Below are positions 59,401 through 64,000 of a stretch of DNA of 64,000 bases, piece by piece. Under the pieces are notes generated by a model. It did not search any database. It was not told the origin of the DNA and worked only from the letters and a program-made list of their open reading frames with translations. Position numbers and translations under genes: made by a program. Within the stretch, counting starts at the first letter, position 1; each line of letters opens with the position of its first letter. The stretch is from Sphingopyxis sp. (GTDB taxonomy: Bacteria; Pseudomonadota; Alphaproteobacteria; Sphingomonadales; Sphingomonadaceae), in assembly GCA_016463225.1 (NCBI GenBank), contig JAEMRT010000005.1, positions 33,363 through 97,362 on the forward strand, given 5' to 3'.

Positions 59401-59462
59401 CCAGGGTTCGCGTGGAAATCAGTGACGATCCGGCAGCCCCTGTCGACGTGAAACAGAAGTGA
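56409..59462 (+). CDS. Secreted DUF11-repeat / SdrD-B-like / OmpA-C-terminal domain protein
   Basis: Signal peptide; four K...GD..TYT..V.N-type repeats; GTVFNDRDEDGWQD...ERGIPGVRI...TDQFGRY; C-terminal FDTDKS...GHTD...N..LG.RRA. Start codon uncertain. Confidence 0.85.
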   Translation: MFVDFQCAWSRTTGAVLNGMLLLLFVCCALSAASAHAQTEVSNTARISLGSGGSDTDPSNNESIATVRVIALPAVTYAKSVTTPAATVKVGDVLTYTLTATVANASTTGVLTLTDTLGSGLDFGTVTDAGAFSCSAANPLVCTLPAGTAVGSYSLTYSASVNNQASGSVTNAVVGTGTDNPTCAAGCDTDTPVALPAVTYAKSVTAPAATVKVGDVLTYTLTATVANASTTGVLTLTDTLGSGLDFGTVTDAGAFSCSAANPLVCTLPAGTAVGSYSLTYSASVNNQASGSVTNAVVGTGTDNPTCAAGCDTDTPVALPTLSVAKTSNPASGEMVQIGQMIEYGLVVTVNGSATLAPVTLVDTPDAGLTINSLPSGCMTIGATISCTLPAGMPVGAHRLSYTATVNQNAGTVIRNLVTAAGGGGTSNPSCASCATDHKVELPEIRLTKSAGVREVKIGDLVRYTLSIENISAQNLVNANIVDTPPAGFGYVEGSLQIRDGDNAGSVTGQNPLRFDGIDVRAGESATIVYLMRVSAGVRYGSHINRAQAYTPDNQPISNPATAEVELAGDPLIDESLLFGTVFNDRDEDGWQDSAGLSDLRVQGGFAADAYIAGSTTIDRGEGPQAVADASAPLLHGIAFDKLSARQSVADPAENHRIVIRQRLRTLAFAGDFVLTNAQGVTVRMDADGKQTVEKRGDAAKGLNGAAPTVERRIAQGEGGYVVDYIVSNAGIDERGIPGVRIASVEGLLIETDQFGRYHLAGVAGGPWERGRNFILKVDPVTLPQGAAFTTDNPLVRRITPGIPVRFDWGVKFPAAVIEGRVEDIELELGRLIFAPSSAEVRERYLPVIERMAEKVREYRRGEVVIDANGETEALAFERAEAVKSALLSRLDAESAKSLTVSARGRVDDPSSMIVGVTEGGALLGTVLFDTDKSDIKPQFEALLDKVAARLEQMDGGSIAIVGHTDVRASFEYNTALGMRRAKAVYDALAKHLSPDVRARVRVEISDDPAAPVDVKQK
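56619..57356 (+). repeat. Two near-identical 369-bp (123-aa) tandem repeats
   Basis: Units start at 56619 and 56988 and differ only in the first ~40 nt. A third, diverged unit starts at 57357. Confidence 0.95.
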
Positions 59463-62400
59463 GCGGGGCCAGGATCATGAAGATGAAATTTTTCGATATT
59501 ACAATTGCCGGCCTGATGGCGGGCGTTTCGGCACCCACGATGGCGCTGGCTCAGGAACATGGGCCCGTGCCGCAGGAAAGGGCGCCCGAAGAGCAAGGCC
59601 AGGAACTCGACTGTTCGGGCGATCAATGCGGGGACAAGGACGGATTGCTGTTCCGTCTGCGTACGCGCAGCTATGCGAAACCGGTCAGCAGCGGCACTGA
59701 CAGCCGGTCCACGTCCGAAGCGCTCCAGCCGGATCGGCGCGTCACGATCGCGACCGAACGACCGGGGCAAGCCATCGCGCTCGGGAAATTTTCGGTGGCG
59801 CTCCCCGGCGGAGGCGTGATCTGGGCTACCGAAGACCCGAACCTCGGGCAGCCGGAGCTGTCGATTTCAGCCCCCGCCATGGTGCCCTATGACGGCACGC
59901 GGATCCTTTCGCCGGTGTCTTTCTTCATGCGCGGCAATTATCCGGCTTTTATCGAGCGTCTCGAGATTGCGATCTATCGTAGCGCCGACGGCGACCTCGT
60001 AGAGCCGCTGGCGACCGTCCCGATGGACGTAGCAGCGGTCAGCCGCGCCGAATGGGATGGCACGCTGCCGGCACAATATCGATTCCGGACGGGCGATGAA
60101 CTTGTCTACGTGTTGCGCGCCTATGGCGAGCGCGGCACGTTCGACGAGACATATCCGCGCCGCCTTCAGCTCGTCCGCCCCGAAGATGTTGCGCGAAATA
60201 ACCAGCTCCTGCGGGGCAAGGTGGAAAGGTCGCTCGGAACCGGCCTTTCGACCGAGCAGGCAGTGGCCCAGAATCTGATCGATGATGCGTTCAAGGGAAG
60301 CGGCCTGCGGCAGCAGAATATACCGATCTATGGTTCGCGCATTCGCATCCAGGGACGAAATCTCCCCGAAGGCAACCAGCTGTCGATCAACGGCGAAATC
60401 TATCCCGTCGATCTCGAACGCAAGTTCGTGGCCGAATATCTCTCGCCGGTGGGTCGCCACCGCTTCGATATCGCGCTGCACGGCACCGATCGCCAGCCGG
60501 AGCAGCATCACGCGCTCGATGTCGATGTGACCGGAAAATATTTCTTTGGCGTTGGTATCGCCGATCTCACGATATCGCAGAACCAGATCAGCGGGTCGGT
60601 CGAACCCTTTGCCGGCGGCGCCCGGTCTTCGGATGACATCCTCACGGATGGCCGCTTGGCATTCTACCTGAAATCGAAGATTGGCGGGAAGTATCTTGTC
60701 ACGGCGCAGGCCGACACGACCGAACGCGCCCTTGGCCGATTGCTCAAGGGGTTCGGCAAGGCGGATCCGCAGGATATCTTCCGGCGCCTCGATCCCGATC
60801 TCTATTACCCGGTTTATGGCGACGATTCGACGACGTACCGCGACATCGACACAATGGGGCGCTTCTATCTTCGCGTCGACTGGGACAAGAATCAGGCGCT
60901 TTGGGGAAATTATGCGACTGGAATTACCGGCACCGACTATGCGCAATATGTCCGGTCACTCTATGGCGCGGCGCTGAACTGGCGCTCGCGGGAAAACAAC
61001 CCTTGGGGAGACCCGAAGACCGAGATCCGCGCCTTTGGATCGCAGGCGCAGACCGCGCCGGGGCATAATGAATTCGTGGGAACGGGCGGAAGCCTCTATT
61101 ATCTGCGGCATACCGACATTCTGCCGGGATCCGACTCCGTCGTGCTGGAAATCCGGGATCGGACCACAGGCCGGACGGAGAACCGCGTTCAGTTGAAGCG
61201 CGGCGCCGACTATGAGATCGACGATCTGCAGGGACGCATCCTGCTAACTCGCCCTCTTGCCCAGATCACCCGCGCGAACGCGCCGTCGATTACGCGCGAC
61301 GCCCCGCTCGACGGCTTCGAACAGAAGCTGGTCGTCGATTATGAGTGGATCCCGTCGGGTTTCGACAGCGATGAAATCACCGCCGGCTTCCGCGGAAAGA
61401 AATGGTTCGGTGACCATATCGGCGTCGGCGCGACCTACATCGACGAAAACCGGGCCGGGCAGGACTACACGCTTTACGGCGGCGACGTGACGCTTCAGGC
61501 GGGCAAGGGCACCTATCTCAAGGCGGAATATGCCAGGACGGAGGCGCTTGCCGCGCCGACCTTCTTTTCGACGAACGGCGGCTTCGACTTTACGTCGATC
61601 GGAGGGGGCGGACCCCAGGAAGGCGAAGCCAAGTCAATAGAGGCGCGCATCAATCTGACGGAATTGGGTTGGGCGAAGCTTGACTGGAGCGCCGGCGCCT
61701 GGTGGCGCGACACCGATGCGGGCTATTCGACGGGCCGCTACAGCACTGGTCAGCCCACGACCGAATATGGCGCGGAACTGCAAGGCAAGCTCGCCCCCAA
61801 CCTGGGCGTCTATGCGCGCTACAGCAAAGCGGAAAGCGGTCCCGATTCATTCGTTCAGGCCCAAGCCAGCCTGGATTGGCGGATCGACGAGGCCAACAGT
61901 CTCTCCGCAGAAATCCGCCGCGTCGACGAAAGCAACACCTATGCCGATGCCGCAGGTCTGCTGGGGGCACTCAAATATACGCGGCGGATCGGCACATCGA
62001 CGGATGTCTACGCACAGGGTCAACTGACCCTGGACGACGATCACGGCCGATATCGCGACAATGACATGCTTCTGATCGGAGGGCGCCGTCTGTTCGGAGA
62101 CCAGTCTTCGGTCGGAGCAGAGTTCAGCGCCGGCGACCGAGGCGAAGCCGCCACGGTCGACGCGGAGTATAAACTGGCACCCGACCACACGCTGTACGGC
62201 GCCTACACATATTCGACCGACACGACCGAATATGGTTCGCTGCTGAACCCGACCCGGCAGAACGGCTGGACGATGGGTCAGCGCTGGCGGCTGTCCAACC
62301 AGATCAATATGTTCAACGAAAGCCAGTTCCTGAAAGAGCCGAACCAGTCGGGCCTCGCGCATAGCTTCGGCATGGATTTCTACCCCTCGGAAGGCTGGAA

Positions 62401-63175
62401 TCTCGGCTTCACCTTGCAGTCGGGCGAACTGCGCAATGAAGCCGGCGGGACCGTCGATCGCCGCGCGGTGAGCGTTCGTATCGGCCGGACATCGCCCGAT
62501 ACGGATTGGCAGAGCAAGCTGGAGTGGCGGCGCGACACCGGAAGCGAAGAGCGTCGGCAGTGGGTTTCGACCAATCGGCTTTCGTACAAAATAGATGAAA
62601 GCTGGCGGCTCGCGACCCGGTTCAACTATTCGGAAACAGAGGATGAGGTGAACAAGCTGGCGGGAGCAAAGTTCGTCGAGGCGAATGTCGGCTTCGCCTG
62701 GCGGCCGTGGAACAGCACCCGCTGGGGCGCCTTCGGCCGCTACACCTATCTCTACGATCTGGCGACTCTCGGCCAGGAGGGCGGTGCCCAATATGATCAA
62801 AAGTCTCAGATTCTGTCTCTCGAGGGCGTTCACAGACCCGATCGCAACTGGGAATTGGCGGCAAAGTTCGCGCGCCGGGAGGGCGAGGCGCGACTTGGCC
62901 GTGGGACGGGCAAATGGTTCGATTCCGCGGCGACATTTGGCGCAGGGCAAGTCCGCTATGAGTTGCGAACCCAATGGCATGCGCTAGCTGAGTACAGAAT
63001 ACTAGATGTCAAGGACGGTGGCGTCAAACATGGCTTCCTTGTGGGCATAGATCGCGACATTTCGAGTAATTTTCGCATGGGTTTCGGATATAACTTTACC
63101 GAATTTAGCGATGATATGACCGATCTTGACTATGACAAGCAAGGGTTCTTCATAAATATAGTGGGGACGTACTGA
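59459..63175 (+). CDS. Very large outer-membrane beta-barrel protein of unknown function
   Basis: Signal peptide, long run of amphipathic beta-strand patterns and C-terminal FFINIVGTY. No TonB box or plug motif. GTGA overlap with the upstream gene. Confidence 0.8.
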   Translation: MSGARIMKMKFFDITIAGLMAGVSAPTMALAQEHGPVPQERAPEEQGQELDCSGDQCGDKDGLLFRLRTRSYAKPVSSGTDSRSTSEALQPDRRVTIATERPGQAIALGKFSVALPGGGVIWATEDPNLGQPELSISAPAMVPYDGTRILSPVSFFMRGNYPAFIERLEIAIYRSADGDLVEPLATVPMDVAAVSRAEWDGTLPAQYRFRTGDELVYVLRAYGERGTFDETYPRRLQLVRPEDVARNNQLLRGKVERSLGTGLSTEQAVAQNLIDDAFKGSGLRQQNIPIYGSRIRIQGRNLPEGNQLSINGEIYPVDLERKFVAEYLSPVGRHRFDIALHGTDRQPEQHHALDVDVTGKYFFGVGIADLTISQNQISGSVEPFAGGARSSDDILTDGRLAFYLKSKIGGKYLVTAQADTTERALGRLLKGFGKADPQDIFRRLDPDLYYPVYGDDSTTYRDIDTMGRFYLRVDWDKNQALWGNYATGITGTDYAQYVRSLYGAALNWRSRENNPWGDPKTEIRAFGSQAQTAPGHNEFVGTGGSLYYLRHTDILPGSDSVVLEIRDRTTGRTENRVQLKRGADYEIDDLQGRILLTRPLAQITRANAPSITRDAPLDGFEQKLVVDYEWIPSGFDSDEITAGFRGKKWFGDHIGVGATYIDENRAGQDYTLYGGDVTLQAGKGTYLKAEYARTEALAAPTFFSTNGGFDFTSIGGGGPQEGEAKSIEARINLTELGWAKLDWSAGAWWRDTDAGYSTGRYSTGQPTTEYGAELQGKLAPNLGVYARYSKAESGPDSFVQAQASLDWRIDEANSLSAEIRRVDESNTYADAAGLLGALKYTRRIGTSTDVYAQGQLTLDDDHGRYRDNDMLLIGGRRLFGDQSSVGAEFSAGDRGEAATVDAEYKLAPDHTLYGAYTYSTDTTEYGSLLNPTRQNGWTMGQRWRLSNQINMFNESQFLKEPNQSGLAHSFGMDFYPSEGWNLGFTLQSGELRNEAGGTVDRRAVSVRIGRTSPDTDWQSKLEWRRDTGSEERRQWVSTNRLSYKIDESWRLATRFNYSETEDEVNKLAGAKFVEANVGFAWRPWNSTRWGAFGRYTYLYDLATLGQEGGAQYDQKSQILSLEGVHRPDRNWELAAKFARREGEARLGRGTGKWFDSAATFGAGQVRYELRTQWHALAEYRILDVKDGGVKHGFLVGIDRDISSNFRMGFGYNFTEFSDDMTDLDYDKQGFFINIVGTY

Positions 63176-64000
63176 TGAGAAAGAAGAAATTTCTTGTCGA
63201 TCAATCTCTCGCATATTCTAGGATTAGGGCAGTGAACAGATTTTTTCGGACTTGCGCGGGCGCTGCGTCGGGATGGGCGGTTTCGCTTTTCCGCGCTCCT
63301 TTATTCGGCGCGCTGGCTGCGGCACTTGGCCTGTCCATGGCGGCGGCTCCAGCTCCGGCGTATGCGCAGTATGCTACGGGCGGAAGCGGGACTTACCGAA
63401 ATCAGATTATCTGGTTCGACTGGGGGGCTCAAAACGCCCCAATCCCAGCGGGCGGAACCTCTGTGACCAATACCACGAATGTCGCCGGCCAGACGTTGAG
63501 CGTGACATGTTCGCTCCGCAATATTGCCGGCTCGTTTCCATCGCCCAAGCTGATGACCTATCGACCGGGTACCTACTTTGAGGATGGCCTCGACGAACTG
63601 TACAATATTGGCGGTACAAATCTGTCCAATACGATGGACATTGGCTTGATCACGCCTGGAAACGGTCAATCAGCGGCATTTGACTTTTCGTGTAGCGCAA
63701 CATTGGGCGGGGCGCCTTTCGCTCTCGGGGGGATTGTCTTCGCCGACGCGGAGACCACGAGCATCAACGAATTCTCGGTCCTCACGCTGCCGGCCGGTGC
63801 GACTATGCGCGTGATCGAACGAGCCCGGCCCGCTGGATGCGATGCAGGATATGTCATTGCCCGTAACGGTTCGAACTACCTATATGAGGTTGCGCCGCCC
63901 TATAATTGCGCTCCCGAGCGCGCGCCCGTGGCCGTCAATTTTCTCGATGGCGTTTCCACTGCGCGCATCGGACTCAAGGGCCAGGGAAAGCAGGCGATCG
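63175..64000 (+). CDS. CshA/CshB-related fibrillar adhesin, N-terminal part (runs off the right edge)
   Basis: Open frame absent from the ORF track: signal peptide ...APAYA then QYATGGSGTYRNQIIWFDWG...DGLDELYNIGG...GIVFADAETT. Alternative GTG start at 63232. Confidence 0.75.
   Translation, partial: MRKKKFLVDQSLAYSRIRAVNRFFRTCAGAASGWAVSLFRAPLFGALAAALGLSMAAAPAPAYAQYATGGSGTYRNQIIWFDWGAQNAPIPAGGTSVTNTTNVAGQTLSVTCSLRNIAGSFPSPKLMTYRPGTYFEDGLDELYNIGGTNLSNTMDIGLITPGNGQSAAFDFSCSATLGGAPFALGGIVFADAETTSINEFSVLTLPAGATMRVIERARPAGCDAGYVIARNGSNYLYEVAPPYNCAPERAPVAVNFLDGVSTARIGLKGQGKQAI

Noticed and set aside
63252-63581. ORF-track call of a 109-aa protein
   Set aside because: The real gene is in another frame that stays open to the window end and carries a signal peptide and an adhesin motif.
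1-64000. IS elements, integrases, tRNA or rRNA genes, CRISPR arrays and defence systems
   Set aside because: None was recognised in the ORFs or intergenic DNA; the island boundaries probably lie outside the window.

Overview
A GC-rich alphaproteobacterial (sphingomonad-like, inferred from gene content) accessory region made of five blocks. (1) 1-3.1 kb and 19.2-25.3 kb: C5-dicarboxylate/acyl-CoA modules (acyl-CoA dehydrogenases, MmgE/PrpD, CitE-type lyase, MaoC-type hydratase, thiolase, SDR) with LysR and IclR regulators. (2) 3.2-19.1 kb plus a TonB-dependent receptor at 26 kb: a sigma54-controlled amine pathway with a P450, two glutamine-synthetase-like ligases, two glutamine amidotransferase-type hydrolases, an aldehyde dehydrogenase, an APC permease and gabTD. 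This fits gamma-glutamylation and P450 ring-opening of a cyclic amine; the ferredoxin carries an in-frame stop. (3) 28-50 kb: a candidate TetR regulon marked by a recurring TTTGWC-N4-GWCAAA operator, covering a Tat-exported NicA2-like amine oxidase, a PhyH dioxygenase, an MFS transporter, a CoA ligase, a second TonB-dependent receptor, a TPR-sulfotransferase and MauE-like genes, with several pseudogenes and relics. (4) 50.5-55.7 kb: a Csu-type chaperone-usher pilus operon. (5) 56.4-64 kb: a divergent operon of a DUF11/OmpA protein, a 1238-aa beta-barrel and a CshA-like adhesin, which may be an uncharacterised adhesin export system. I saw no rRNA, tRNA, CRISPR array, transposase or integrase. 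All family assignments come from recognising motifs by eye, not from database searches.
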